Below, in pieces: positions 14,589-23,490 of a stretch of 32,000 nucleotides of DNA (its first letter is position 1; each line of letters opens with the position of its first letter). Position numbers and translations under genes: made by a program. The notes under the pieces were generated by a model. It searched no databases, was not told the DNA's origin, and worked only from the letters and a program-made list of their open reading frames with translations. The stretch covers positions 14,384 through 46,383 of the forward strand of contig JAZNNP010000010.1 of the NCBI GenBank assembly GCA_045580365.1, in the 5' to 3' direction. The DNA comes from Faecousia sp. (GTDB lineage: Bacteria; Bacillota; Clostridia; Oscillospirales; Oscillospiraceae).

Positions 14589-15515
14589 TTATACGGTTGC
14601 GGGTTCTTTGGCGGCGAAGGTGAGGCCCTTGGGATAGAAGAAGCGGATCTTCTTGTCGGAGATGCGGAACTCGGCCTCCTTGGCAAAGCGGATCTCACCG
14701 TCCAGGTTGATGGCACTGGGCTTGTCGCAGATCACTTTCACCTTGTCGGTGCGGTAGTGCTTGGCCAGGTGAGAAAGTTCCTTGTAGCGGCCGTTTTTGT
14801 ATTTGCCGATGATGGCGGGCACCTGGAGCCGGCTGACCTTTTTCACCACCAGTACATCCATCAGCCCATCGGTGGGGTCGGCTTCCGGCACAGGGTTGAA
14901 ACCGCCGCCGTAGAACCGGCCGTTGCACATACACACGAAGGTCTGCTTGCCGTCGATGACTTCGCCGTTGATCTCTACCACATAATGCTCGGCAATGCCC
15001 CGGATCACATTGATCACCGTAGAGGCAGCATAGGCCCAGAAACCGTGGAGCAGGGGCAGCCGCTTATAGTTGGCCACATCGTTGCCGATGCGGGCATCCA
15101 GACCCACGCAGCAGATATTCAGCGCCAGATCGCCGTTGCATTCGATGAGGTCGAACTGGGTCTCGTCCGCGTCCAGAAGCCGCTCCAGTTGGAAAAAGGC
15201 CTTGGGATCGTCGAAGATCTTCACAAAATCATTGCCGCTGCCGCCGGAAAACACGGTGATGGCGGCATTTTCATGTCCTGCTGCGCCGGCCATGACTTCG
15301 TTCAGGGTGCCGTCGCCGCCGCAGGCATACAGCCGCACTTCCCGGCCGCTTTCGGCGGCTTCCCGGGCGAAGCGGGTGCATTCGCCGGGGGCGGTGGAGA
15401 CCCGGATATCGTAGTCCAGACCCCGTTCCCGGCACAGCCGGTGGATCACCTGGCTGTAATCGTCGGTGCGGTTGCGGCTGCCGGCCGCCGGATTGATGAT
15501 GAAAAGGTGGGTCAT
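14589..15515 (-). CDS. Diacylglycerol kinase family lipid kinase (DagK/YegS-like)
   Basis: Start at MTHLFIINPAAGS (ATG 15515) with gggagag upstream. GGDGT motif is present (LYACGGDGTLNEV). Confidence 0.85.
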   Translation of the reverse strand: MTHLFIINPAAGSRNRTDDYSQVIHRLCRERGLDYDIRVSTAPGECTRFAREAAESGREVRLYACGGDGTLNEVMAGAAGHENAAITVFSGGSGNDFVKIFDDPKAFFQLERLLDADETQFDLIECNGDLALNICCVGLDARIGNDVANYKRLPLLHGFWAYAASTVINVIRGIAEHYVVEINGEVIDGKQTFVCMCNGRFYGGGFNPVPEADPTDGLMDVLVVKKVSRLQVPAIIGKYKNGRYKELSHLAKHYRTDKVKVICDKPSAINLDGEIRFAKEAEFRISDKKIRFFYPKGLTFAAKEPATV

Positions 15516-15566
15516 ATGTGTCTCTCCCAATACTATACAAATTTCATTTTATCGTTACTTGGGTAG

Positions 15567-15628
15567 GGCGGCTTCCCTCAAGCCGCCGAAAGGATTTCTG
15601 ATGTCCAACGGGGGGCTGAGGGCAGCCC
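15567..15628. repeat. Two GC-rich intergenic hairpins of the same style as the REP-like family
   Basis: gtagggcggct-tccctca-agccgcc (15567..15587) and gggctg-aggg-cagccc (15613..15628). The gtagggcgg lead-in resembles module 1 of copies A and C. Confidence 0.45.
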
Positions 15629-15668
15629 GCTCTACCGCCGTGCGTTTGAATGGGCGATAAACCCCAAT

Positions 15669-16802
15669 TTACCGATTCTTTCGCTGGTCGCCCAGGTACA
15701 TATAGTAGTCGCACTTGATCATGCCGTTATAGAGCTTCCGCTTCTTATCGGCCCGGCGGCCAAAGTAATGTTCAAACTCCGGCTCGGAGGTGATGACATA
15801 CTTCTTCCAGCCGTCGGCGAATTTCAGATGGCGGCCCAAAGCCTGGTACAGCCGCTGGGCATCTTTCTGTTCGCCCATCCGCTGGCCGTAAGGAGGATTG
15901 CAGATGAGGATGCCGCTGTCGGTGGGCAGGCTCATTTTGGTGGCGTCCCCGTCACGGAATTCGATGATGTCGGCCACGCCGGCCTTCCGGGCGTTGGACA
16001 TGGACAGGCTGATGCACTTGGGATCGTTGTCCGAACCCAGGATGTGATAATTACCGCGGAATTCCTTGTCCATGGCTTCGCCCCGGGCGTTTTGCCAGAT
16101 CTTTTCATCCATCCAGGAGAACTGCTCTGCGGCAAACCGGCGGCGCAGGCCCGGAGCCCGGTTTTTGGCGATGAGGGCGGCTTCGATGGAGATGGTGCCG
16201 CTGCCGCAGAAAGGATCCCACAGATATTCCCGGCCCCGGTACTTGGTCAGCATCACCATAGCGGCGGCCAGAGTTTCCCGCAGGGGGGCATCATTGCCGA
16301 TGGCCCGGTAGCCCCGCTTGTGCAGGCCCACGCCGGAGGTGTCCAGGCACAGCTGGACCCGGTCATTCATGATGAAAAACTGGAGTTGGTACTTGGCGCC
16401 GCTTTCCGGCAGCCAGGTAACGCCGTATTTTTCGCCCAGCCGCTTGCTGGCAGCTTTTTTGATGATGGCCTGGCAATCGGGGATGCTCATGAGCTGGGAA
16501 TTGAGGCAGTGACCCTTCACGGGAAACTGGCCGTCGGCGGGGATCACCTGTTCCAGAGGGGTGCGGTACACGCCCTGGAACAGCTCCTCGAAAGTGCGGG
16601 CCTCAAAATCCGCCAGCACCAGCAGCACCCGTTCGCCGGTCCGCAGGCCGATATTGGCCCGGGCCAGGGCGGTTTCGTCGCCGGAAAACAGCACCCGGCC
16701 GTTTTCTACCCGGACATTTTCCATATTCAGCCGGCGCAGTTCATCGCCGGTGATGCCCTCCAGACCGAACAGGGTGGGGACAGAAAATTCAAAATTCGAC
16801 AT
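15669..16802 (-). CDS. THUMP-domain class I SAM-dependent RNA methyltransferase (YpsC/RlmL-like)
   Basis: N-terminal THUMP-like region, then a SAM-binding fold (DPFCGSGTI) and the NPPYG catalytic motif (LICNPPYGQRMG). Confidence 0.85.
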   Translation of the reverse strand: MSNFEFSVPTLFGLEGITGDELRRLNMENVRVENGRVLFSGDETALARANIGLRTGERVLLVLADFEARTFEELFQGVYRTPLEQVIPADGQFPVKGHCLNSQLMSIPDCQAIIKKAASKRLGEKYGVTWLPESGAKYQLQFFIMNDRVQLCLDTSGVGLHKRGYRAIGNDAPLRETLAAAMVMLTKYRGREYLWDPFCGSGTISIEAALIAKNRAPGLRRRFAAEQFSWMDEKIWQNARGEAMDKEFRGNYHILGSDNDPKCISLSMSNARKAGVADIIEFRDGDATKMSLPTDSGILICNPPYGQRMGEQKDAQRLYQALGRHLKFADGWKKYVITSEPEFEHYFGRRADKKRKLYNGMIKCDYYMYLGDQRKNR

Positions 16803-16843
16803 AATGCCTCCGTTATGATGACCTTCTCCCCAGGGGGAAGGTT

Positions 16844-17389
16844 TTAGGGAATGATCTTTTTCGGCTTCAGATACCGCTCCTGCTCGGAAAAGACGCAGCC
16901 GCAGTATTTCTGCATATAGAAGCCCTGCTGCCGGGCGAAATCCTGGCCGGCCCGGAAATAGGGGCGGAAATCCCGGTATTCGAACCGGACGCCGTATTCC
17001 GCCGCCGCCCGCTGGGCTACTTCCTGCATCAGTTCGTGATTTTGGTAAGGGCTGATGAACAGGGAGCTGGTGAAGCTGTCAAAGCCCCCTTCGGCGGCCT
17101 GCCGGGCGGTGTCGAACAGCCGCATTTCGTAGCACTTGACGCAGCGGCCGGAAATATCCTCCGCCACTTCCCGGACGAAGGGCCGCAGGCCGTAATCGTC
17201 CCGCTCGATCATGGGCAGGTCGATCCGGGCGGCGTATTCCCGCAGGCAGTTGCGCCGTTCCCGGTACTCGGTGAAGGGGTGGATGTTGGGATTATACCAG
17301 TAACCGGTGACCTCAAAGCCATCGGTGCGCAGCACCTCAATGCACTGGTTGGCGCAGGGGGCGCAGCAGATATGAAGCAATGTTTTCAT
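16844..17389 (-). CDS. queH: Epoxyqueuosine reductase QueH (DUF208)
   Basis: MKTLLHICCAPCANQC and CGCVFSEQE cysteine motifs, about 180 aa. The start overlaps the rluD stop by 4 nt (ATGA). Confidence 0.85.
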   Translation of the reverse strand: MKTLLHICCAPCANQCIEVLRTDGFEVTGYWYNPNIHPFTEYRERRNCLREYAARIDLPMIERDDYGLRPFVREVAEDISGRCVKCYEMRLFDTARQAAEGGFDSFTSSLFISPYQNHELMQEVAQRAAAEYGVRFEYRDFRPYFRAGQDFARQQGFYMQKYCGCVFSEQERYLKPKKIIP

Positions 17390-18291
17390 GTGATCTTTTC
17401 CAATTTCTCAAGAACTTTGGTGAAATATTCCGGCAGGGGCGCGAATACCATCACGGGATGGCCGTCCCGGGGGTGGGTGAAGCAGAGAGTGCCGGCGTGG
17501 AGACACTGGCTGTCCTGGCCCAGTTCCGGTTTTTTTCGGCCGTAGACCGTGTCGCCCAGGATGGGATGTCCGATGTAGGCCATGTGGACCCGGATCTGGT
17601 GGGTGCGGCCCGTTTCCAGGCGGCAGCGGATATGGGTATAACCCCGGTAACGCTTCACCACTTCCCAGTGGGTCACGGCGTCCTTGGCGTTGCGTTGGGT
17701 GACGCACATCTTCTTCCGGTCGCTGGGGTGGCGGCCGATGGAGGCGCAGACCGTGCCGCTGTCTTCTTTGAGATTACCGACCACGATGGCGTCGTACACC
17801 CGGTACATGGAGTGATCCTTCAGCTGGCTGGCCAGCCACACATGGGCCCGGTCGTTTTTGGCCACCGCCAGGAGTCCGGAGGTGTCCTTGTCGATGCGGT
17901 GGACGATGCCGGGGCGCAGTTCGCCGTTGATGCCGGACAGGTCATCGCCCAAAGCGAACAGCAAACCATTGACCAGGGTATCATCCTGGTGGCCGGCGGC
18001 AGGGTGGACCACCAAACCCTTGGGTTTGTTGACCACCAGCACATCCTCGTCCTCGTAGACGATGTCCAGAGCCATTTCCATGGGGCGGATGTCCACTTCT
18101 TTGGGTTCGGGGATGGTGAACGTGACGGCGTCGCCGATATTCAGTTTGTCATTTTTCTTTCCGGGCTTGCCGTTGCGCGTCACCGCCCCCTCCTCAATGA
18201 GGCGCTGGGCGGCGCTGCGGGTGAGCCCTTCGGCGGCGCGGGCCAGGAATGCATCCAGCCGCTCGCCGGCAATATCGGCGTAAAATGTCAT
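17386..18291 (-). CDS. rluD: RluA-family 23S rRNA pseudouridine synthase (RluD-like)
   Basis: N-terminal S4-like domain (RLDAFLA...SRSAAQRLIEEGAVTRNG) and catalytic motif HRIDKDTSGLLAVAKN. Shows the conserved lspA-rluD synteny with a 4-nt overlap. Confidence 0.9.
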   Translation of the reverse strand: MTFYADIAGERLDAFLARAAEGLTRSAAQRLIEEGAVTRNGKPGKKNDKLNIGDAVTFTIPEPKEVDIRPMEMALDIVYEDEDVLVVNKPKGLVVHPAAGHQDDTLVNGLLFALGDDLSGINGELRPGIVHRIDKDTSGLLAVAKNDRAHVWLASQLKDHSMYRVYDAIVVGNLKEDSGTVCASIGRHPSDRKKMCVTQRNAKDAVTHWEVVKRYRGYTHIRCRLETGRTHQIRVHMAYIGHPILGDTVYGRKKPELGQDSQCLHAGTLCFTHPRDGHPVMVFAPLPEYFTKVLEKLEKIT

Positions 18292-18764
18292 TTTTTCTCG
18301 TCTTTCCAGAAATCCTTATTGAAGAACAGCAGGCTGATGATCAGGGCGATGGTGCCGCAGGTGATGAAGCAATCCGCCACATTGAAGATGGCAAAATCTA
18401 TAAATTGCACCTGAATCATGTCGATGACATAGCCCAGGCATACCCGGTCGATCATATTACCCAGGCCGCCGGCGTAGATGGCCACCAGGCACCAGTTTTC
18501 AAAACGGTTGAAGGGCATGGGTTTCTTCCAAAACTGCCAGATCAGCACCGCAGTGAACACCAAAAAAACCAGCGCGAACAGCCACATCATGCCCTTGAAG
18601 CTGGAGAATGCGGCGCCGGTGTTCTGCACATAGGTAAAGCCCACAATGCCGGGGATAAAATCCACTGATCCGTGGAGCGGAATGTGGGTCACGGTGAGAT
18701 ATTTGGTGATCTGATCCGCCGCGGTGACCAGCACCACCAGCAGAACATAACCGAGATACAGCAT
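18288..18764 (-). CDS. lspA: Lipoprotein signal peptidase (signal peptidase II)
   Basis: 158 aa with four TM segments. Motifs are NTGAAFS, GNMIDR and FNVADCFI. RBS is caggagga. Confidence 0.9.
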   Translation of the reverse strand: MLYLGYVLLVVLVTAADQITKYLTVTHIPLHGSVDFIPGIVGFTYVQNTGAAFSSFKGMMWLFALVFLVFTAVLIWQFWKKPMPFNRFENWCLVAIYAGGLGNMIDRVCLGYVIDMIQVQFIDFAIFNVADCFITCGTIALIISLLFFNKDFWKDEKK

Positions 18765-18792
18765 GGCAAATTCCTCCTGTTTATTCTATTTT

Positions 18793-18821
18793 ATCATACC
18801 ATGCAATGCAGGGAATGTCAA
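18793..18821 (-). promoter_or_regulatory. Sigma-A type promoter of the lspA-rluD-queH string
   Basis: Minus strand TTGACA (18821..18816), 17-nt spacer, TGgTATGAT (-10 hexamer at 18798..18793). Confidence 0.55.
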
Positions 18822-18868
18822 ATGGCGGAAGGCTGCAAGCCGGGGCGTGGAAGAAAATTAAAAAAAGG

Positions 18869-18899
18869 TTTACAGATTTTTGGCGGGCGGTGCTATAAT
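18869..18899 (+). promoter_or_regulatory. Candidate promoter of lipoprotein gene
   Basis: TTTACA (18869..18874), 19-nt spacer (long), TGcTATAAT extended -10 (18891..18899). Confidence 0.4.
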
Positions 18900-18934
18900 G
18901 GTCCTATGCTAAAACACATATGGGGGACACCTTT

Positions 18935-20665
18935 ATGAAACGCGTACTTGTTTTGCTGTGTATCGCAGCGCTGCTGGCCGGCTGCACCCAACCCGGCGAC
19001 ACGCCGGCCACCGACCCCAATGCCACTGCCGCTACTGTGCCGCTGATCACCGAGGATGAAATGTTTACCGACCGGGACCGGGCCGGCACCTATGAGCAGG
19101 CCCGGGAAGTGACCTTGTCCGGCGGAGATTATACCGTCACCGAGGCGGGTACTTATTTGTTCCGGGGCACGCTGACGGAGGGCAGCATCATCGTCAAAGC
19201 GGGGGACACCGACAAGGTGCAGTTGGTTCTGGCCGGGGTGGAGATCTCCTGCAGCGCCACCGCCCCCATCTGCATTTTGAGCGGCGACAAAGTGTTCATC
19301 ACCCTGGCGGAAGGAACGACCAACACCCTGACCGGCCCGGCAGAAGCGGTGACGGTGGAGGAATACAATGTAAGCGCCGCCCTTTACAGCCGCAGCGATC
19401 TGACCATCAACGGCGCGGGCACGCTGACGGTTCACGCCCCCGGGGGACACGGCATTTCCTGCAAGGATGACCTGGTGATCACCGGCGGAACGGTCAACAT
19501 CACTTCCGCCGGGCATGGTCTGGATGCCAACGATTCCGTGCGGATCGGCGGCGGAACGGTGACCATAGATGCCGGCAAGGATGGCGTTCACGCAGAAAAT
19601 ACGGAAGATGCCGCCAAAGGCTTCGTGTACATCTCCGGCGGCACGCTGGATCTGGAAGCGGAGGGGGACGGCATCAGCGCCGGCGCCTGGCTGCAATACG
19701 GCAGCGGCACGCTGACGGTGCTGGCCGGCGGCGGATATGAAAACGGCACCAACGCCTCTTCCGACGGCTACGGCCAAATGGGTGGCATGCACGGCCCCGG
19801 TGGCCGTCCGCCCCACCAGCAGGAAGAGGAGGAGTCCACGGAAGACAGCCAGAGCATGAAAGGGTTGAAGGCGGCTGGGGAAATCCGCATCGGCGGCGGC
19901 ACGCTGAAACTGGACACGGCGGATGACGCCATCCATTCCGATACCAATGTGACCATTGGCGGCGGTATTTTCACCATTGCCTCCGGCGATGACGGCATCC
20001 ACGGAGAAGACACCCTGACCATTACTGCGTGCGAAATGACCATTTCGGAAGCCTATGAAGGTCTGGAAGCGCAGAAGATCTATATCCGGGGCGGCACCAT
20101 GTGGATGCACTGCTCCGATGACGGCTTGAACGCCGCCGGCGGCGCCGATGCCAGCGGTACGGAAGGCGGCCGGGACGGCATGTTTGGCGGCGGCCAGCGG
20201 CCCGGCGGTATGGGCGGCATGGGCGCTGATCCCGATGCTCTCATCGAAATTTCCGGCGGCAAGCTGACCATTTATTCCGGCGGCGACGCCGTGGACTCCA
20301 ACGGCAATATGACCATGACCGGCGGCTATGTTTATGCCACCAATCACCGCACCGGGGATGTGTCGGTGCTGGATTCCCAGAACCGCCCTGTCATCACCGG
20401 CGGCACCTATATCGGCCTGGGTATGTCCACCATGATGGCGGAGACCTTCTCGGAGGAATCCAGCCAGGGTGTCATTGCCTGCACCTGCGGCAATCAGCCG
20501 GCGGGTTCGGCGCTGACTATCAAGGACAGCAAGGACAACGTTTTGCTGGAACTGGAAAGTGAATACAACACCGCCATTATGATCATCAGCACGCCCCAGA
20601 TCGAAAAGGGGCAGAGCTACACCGTGTCCATCGGCGCGGTCAGCGGTACGGTGGAAGCAGATTGA
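18935..20665 (+). CDS. Lipoprotein with Cthe_2159-type carbohydrate-binding beta-helix repeats
   Basis: Start at MKRVLVLLCIAALLAGC (lipobox LAGC). It has recurring G-x-T-V/L-T-I...GDDGIH / DGLNA / GDAVDSNG repeats typical of the Cthe_2159-like carbohydrate-binding family, plus two Gly/Pro/Met low-complexity linkers. It is divergent from lspA. Confidence 0.7.
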   Translation: MKRVLVLLCIAALLAGCTQPGDTPATDPNATAATVPLITEDEMFTDRDRAGTYEQAREVTLSGGDYTVTEAGTYLFRGTLTEGSIIVKAGDTDKVQLVLAGVEISCSATAPICILSGDKVFITLAEGTTNTLTGPAEAVTVEEYNVSAALYSRSDLTINGAGTLTVHAPGGHGISCKDDLVITGGTVNITSAGHGLDANDSVRIGGGTVTIDAGKDGVHAENTEDAAKGFVYISGGTLDLEAEGDGISAGAWLQYGSGTLTVLAGGGYENGTNASSDGYGQMGGMHGPGGRPPHQQEEEESTEDSQSMKGLKAAGEIRIGGGTLKLDTADDAIHSDTNVTIGGGIFTIASGDDGIHGEDTLTITACEMTISEAYEGLEAQKIYIRGGTMWMHCSDDGLNAAGGADASGTEGGRDGMFGGGQRPGGMGGMGADPDALIEISGGKLTIYSGGDAVDSNGNMTMTGGYVYATNHRTGDVSVLDSQNRPVITGGTYIGLGMSTMMAETFSEESSQGVIACTCGNQPAGSALTIKDSKDNVLLELESEYNTAIMIISTPQIEKGQSYTVSIGAVSGTVEAD

Positions 20666-20702
20666 ACAGAAGATCGTTAAGAAGTCTGCTTTAGACAAAA
20701 AG

Positions 20703-20889
20703 GCTTCTCCTTGAGGAGAAGCTGTCACAAATCGGCACTTCGGAACCGGTTTGTGACTGATGTGGTATAGCCGCGAAGCGGCGTGAAATGTAACGAATTT
20801 GCCGGAAGCGTGGTGATAACGCAACATTCTGCCGCCCACCACATCCGCCCCAGTGTGCGCACTGGGGCACCTTCTCCTCCAGGAGAAGG
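20703..20889. repeat. Cluster of five GC-rich hairpins in the 330-bp lipoprotein-mtaB spacer
   Basis: The five hairpins are gcttctcc-ttga-ggagaagc (20703..20722), gtcacaaa...tttgtgac (20724..20757), gccgc-gaa-gcggc (20770..20782), ccccagtg-tgcg-cactgggg (20848..20867) and ccttctcc-tcca-ggagaagg (20870..20889). The first and last are near-identical hairpins. Confidence 0.6.
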
Positions 20890-20935
20890 CTTGGGTGCTG
20901 CCGCGCCAGAAGGTGTTTACCCCGAGGGTAGAGCA

Positions 20936-20964
20936 TTTACAAATCCCGCCCGATGGTGTATAAT
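20936..20964 (+). promoter_or_regulatory. Sigma-A type promoter for mtaB
   Basis: TTTACA (20936..20941), 17-nt spacer, TATAAT (20959..20964). Confidence 0.55.
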
Positions 20965-20994
20965 GATCCCAAATCTGAAACATGGAGAACCGGC

Positions 20995-22296
20995 ATGAAA
21001 TTCGCTTTTTACACCCTGGGGTGCAAAACAAATCAATATGAGACCCAGGCCATGGAGCGGCTGCTCACCGACCTGGGCCACAGCATCGGCCCTTTTGAAG
21101 AGCGGTGCGACGGCTATGTGATCAATACCTGCTCCGTGACCGCGGTGGCGGACAAGAAGAACCGGGCGGTCATCCGCCGCTGCCGGCGGGAAAATCCCAA
21201 TGCCATCATCGCCGTCTGCGGCTGCTATCCCCAGCACGCGGCGGAGGCAGTGCGGGCATTGGGGGTGGATGTGATCGGCGGCAGCGCCAATCGCCGGGAA
21301 TTTGTGGACCTGCTGCTGACCGCAGCGGCGGAAAAGCAGAAACTGGAATCGGTGGACGCGGCGTTGACGCGGAAAGAATTTGAGATCCTGCCTGCCGGCG
21401 GCCTGGAAGAGCGGACCCGGGCCATGCTGAAGGTCCAGGACGGCTGTGTAAATTTCTGCTCTTACTGCATCATCCCCTACACCAGAGGGCCCATCCGTTC
21501 GGCACCGTTGGAACTGGCGGTGGAGCAGGCGGAGGAACTGGCCCGGCGGGGCTATCGGGAGATCGTCCTGACCGGAATCGAGATCGCCGGCTGGGGCCGG
21601 GATCTGCCGGGGAAGCCCCCGCTGACGACGCTGATCACTGCGGTCTGCCATGCCGTGCCGGCGGTGCGGATCCGGCTGGGCAGCCTGGAACCCCGGATCG
21701 TCACCGAGGAATTCTGCCGGGCGCTGCAGGGCTGCGGCAATCTGTGCCCCCAGTTCCACCTGTCACTGCAATCCGGCTGCGACACGGTGCTGGAGCGGAT
21801 GAGGCGGAAATACGATACCGCCCGGTATCTGGAAAGCGTGACACTGCTGAACCGGTATTTCCCCGGCTGCGCCGTAACCACGGATATGATCGTGGCCTTC
21901 CCCGGCGAAACGGAGGAAGAATTTGCCGCAAGTCTGGCCTTTATTCGCCGCTGCGGCTTTGCGGATATGCACATTTTTCCCTATTCCCGGCGGCCGGGCA
22001 CACCGGCGGACAAAATGCCGGGGCAGCATGACAATGCCACCAAGGAAGAGCGGAGCCGGGCGGCCATCGCCGTTGCGGCGGATATGAGCCGGGCCTATCG
22101 GGAAAATCTGGTGGGTACGGCGCATGCGGTGCTTTTTGAGGAGGCAGAGGGGGAATACTATGTGGGCCACGCCCCCAATTATGTGAAATTCTATGTGCAT
22201 GGGCAGGATCTGCACAATCAGATCCGTCCGGTCCTGGTCACGGGTCTTTACCGGGACGGCGTGACCGGACGGCTGCCGGAGGAAGAAAATGGCTGA
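20995..22296 (+). CDS. mtaB: tRNA (t6A37) methylthiotransferase MtaB (radical SAM MTTase)
   Basis: Start at MKFAFYTLGCKTNQYE (ATG 20995, RBS ggagaa). The N-terminal MTTase cysteines are present, along with the radical-SAM CxxxCxxC motif (GCVNFCSYCIIP) and a C-terminal TRAM-like region. Confidence 0.88.
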   Translation: MKFAFYTLGCKTNQYETQAMERLLTDLGHSIGPFEERCDGYVINTCSVTAVADKKNRAVIRRCRRENPNAIIAVCGCYPQHAAEAVRALGVDVIGGSANRREFVDLLLTAAAEKQKLESVDAALTRKEFEILPAGGLEERTRAMLKVQDGCVNFCSYCIIPYTRGPIRSAPLELAVEQAEELARRGYREIVLTGIEIAGWGRDLPGKPPLTTLITAVCHAVPAVRIRLGSLEPRIVTEEFCRALQGCGNLCPQFHLSLQSGCDTVLERMRRKYDTARYLESVTLLNRYFPGCAVTTDMIVAFPGETEEEFAASLAFIRRCGFADMHIFPYSRRPGTPADKMPGQHDNATKEERSRAAIAVAADMSRAYRENLVGTAHAVLFEEAEGEYYVGHAPNYVKFYVHGQDLHNQIRPVLVTGLYRDGVTGRLPEEENG

Positions 22297-23143
22297 TTTT
22301 TCTGATGTATTGCTGACGGTGGATTATGACCGCACCCTGACCGCCCCGGATTCTTCCATCCCGGAGCGGAATATCCGGGCCATCCGGTATTTCATCGAAA
22401 ACGGCGGCGCCTTTACCATCAATACCGGCCGCAGCATCCCCATGGCCAAGGCATTTATCGGCAAAGTGCCCCTCAGCGCGCCGCTGCTGCTCTATAACGG
22501 CAGCGCCGCTTATGATGTGCAGACCGGCCGGTTCACCCGTGCGGATGAACTGGCTATGGACATCGAAACCTTTACCCGGGAGCTGCAGGAGCAGTTTCCC
22601 CACCTGCTGGTGGAGATCCAGGGACGGGACGCCCATTATTCCATGAAAAGGGATGAAGATTGGGAAAAACTTTCAGCCCATGGCGGCTGCGCCTGGGACT
22701 ACTGCCCGCCCAAGCAGATCCCCGGGCCCTTTATGAAAGTGTCGCTGTATGGCTCTTGCCACGGCCATTCGGTGGCGTCCATGTATGATGCCACGGCGGA
22801 GGAAATGGAGCAAATGCTGGAAGCCATCGCCCGGGTGCAGCGGCTGTACGGGGACTGGGTGGAAGTGTTCCACCCCTGCGCCAAGATCGTGGACATCCAT
22901 GCCAAAGGAGTCAGCAAGCTCCGCTCTGCCCGGCTGCTGCAGCAGGAACTGGGCAAAAAGTGGCTGCTGTGCGTGGGAGATGCGGAAAATGATGTGACCA
23001 TGCTGGAAGGGGCGGACTATGCCTGGTGTCCGGCCGACGGTGTGGTGGCGGACCGGTTTGAAAATGTGTGCTGCTGCGCCGATGGCGCGGTGGCGGATGT
23101 GATCGAAAACCGGATCCCGGCGTTTTTGAAAAATAATCCTTGA
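22289..23143 (+). CDS. Cof-type HAD-IIB family hydrolase
   Basis: DYDRTLT (DxD nucleophile motif) and GDAENDVTML motif. The start overlaps the mtaB stop by 8 nt. Confidence 0.8.
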   Translation: MADFSDVLLTVDYDRTLTAPDSSIPERNIRAIRYFIENGGAFTINTGRSIPMAKAFIGKVPLSAPLLLYNGSAAYDVQTGRFTRADELAMDIETFTRELQEQFPHLLVEIQGRDAHYSMKRDEDWEKLSAHGGCAWDYCPPKQIPGPFMKVSLYGSCHGHSVASMYDATAEEMEQMLEAIARVQRLYGDWVEVFHPCAKIVDIHAKGVSKLRSARLLQQELGKKWLLCVGDAENDVTMLEGADYAWCPADGVVADRFENVCCCADGAVADVIENRIPAFLKNNP

Positions 23144-23168
23144 CTTTTTGCTGTATCCGTGCTAGAAT
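23140..23168 (+). promoter_or_regulatory. Sigma-A type promoter of the tRNA operon
   Basis: TTGACT (23140..23145, overlapping the HAD stop codon), 17-nt spacer, TGcTAGAAT (-10 hexamer at 23163..23168). Confidence 0.55.
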
Positions 23169-23199
23169 TCTCTAGCTGAATAGCATGAGGTCAGGATTC

Positions 23200-23273
23200 G
23201 CGGGTGTAGTTCAATGGTAGAACACCAGCCTTCCAAGCTGGATACGCGGGTCCGATTCCCGTCACCCGCTCCA
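23200..23273 (+). tRNA. tRNA-Gly (anticodon UCC), CCA encoded
   Basis: Acceptor GCGGGTG/CACCCGC, anticodon arm CCAGC-CTTCCAA-GCTGG, T-loop GGTCCGATTCC, 3' TCCA. Confidence 0.92.
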
Positions 23274-23278
23274 TAGAT

Positions 23279-23355
23279 GCGCCAGTAGCTCAGCTGGATA
23301 GAGCAACTGCCTTCTAAGCAGTAGGTCGGGGGTTCGAGTCCCTCCTGGCGTGCCA
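23279..23355 (+). tRNA. tRNA-Arg (anticodon UCU), CCA encoded
   Basis: Acceptor GCGCCAG/CTGGCGT (G1-U72), anticodon arm ACTGC-CTTCTAA-GCAGT, T-loop GGTTCGAGTCC, 3' GCCA. Confidence 0.92.
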
Positions 23356-23373
23356 CTTCAGTAAAATGAATAT

Positions 23374-23451
23374 GGTGGATATAGCACAGTTGGTTAGCGC
23401 GTCAGATTGTGGCTCTGAAGGTCGTGGGTTCGAATCCCATTATCCACCCCA
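23374..23451 (+). tRNA. tRNA-His (anticodon GUG) with encoded G-1 and CCA
   Basis: An extra 5' G pairs with discriminator C. Acceptor GTGGATA/TATCCAC, anticodon arm TCAGA-TTGTGGC-TCTGA, T-loop GGTTCGAATCC. Confidence 0.92.
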
Positions 23452-23452
23452 G

Positions 23453-23490
23453 AAAAAGAGAGGATACCGCAAGGTATCCTCTCTTTTTCT
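23453..23490 (+). terminator. Strong intrinsic terminator of the tRNA operon
   Basis: aaaaagagaggatacc-gcaa-ggtatcctctcttttt gives a perfect 16-bp stem with a GCAA tetraloop and a U-tract. Confidence 0.85.

Noticed and set aside
15597-15660. Small ORF ATG 15601 (MSNGGLRAARSTAVRLNGR) in the dagK-methylase spacer
   Set aside because: It has only a weak RBS (aaagga), and the sequence is made of the GC-rich hairpins. It has no coding-like composition.
18893-21031. 712-aa minus-strand ORF
   Set aside because: It is antisense to the Cthe_2159-type lipoprotein gene, then runs through the hairpin-rich spacer and the mtaB promoter and start. Its product is Ala/Gly-rich with no recognisable domain.
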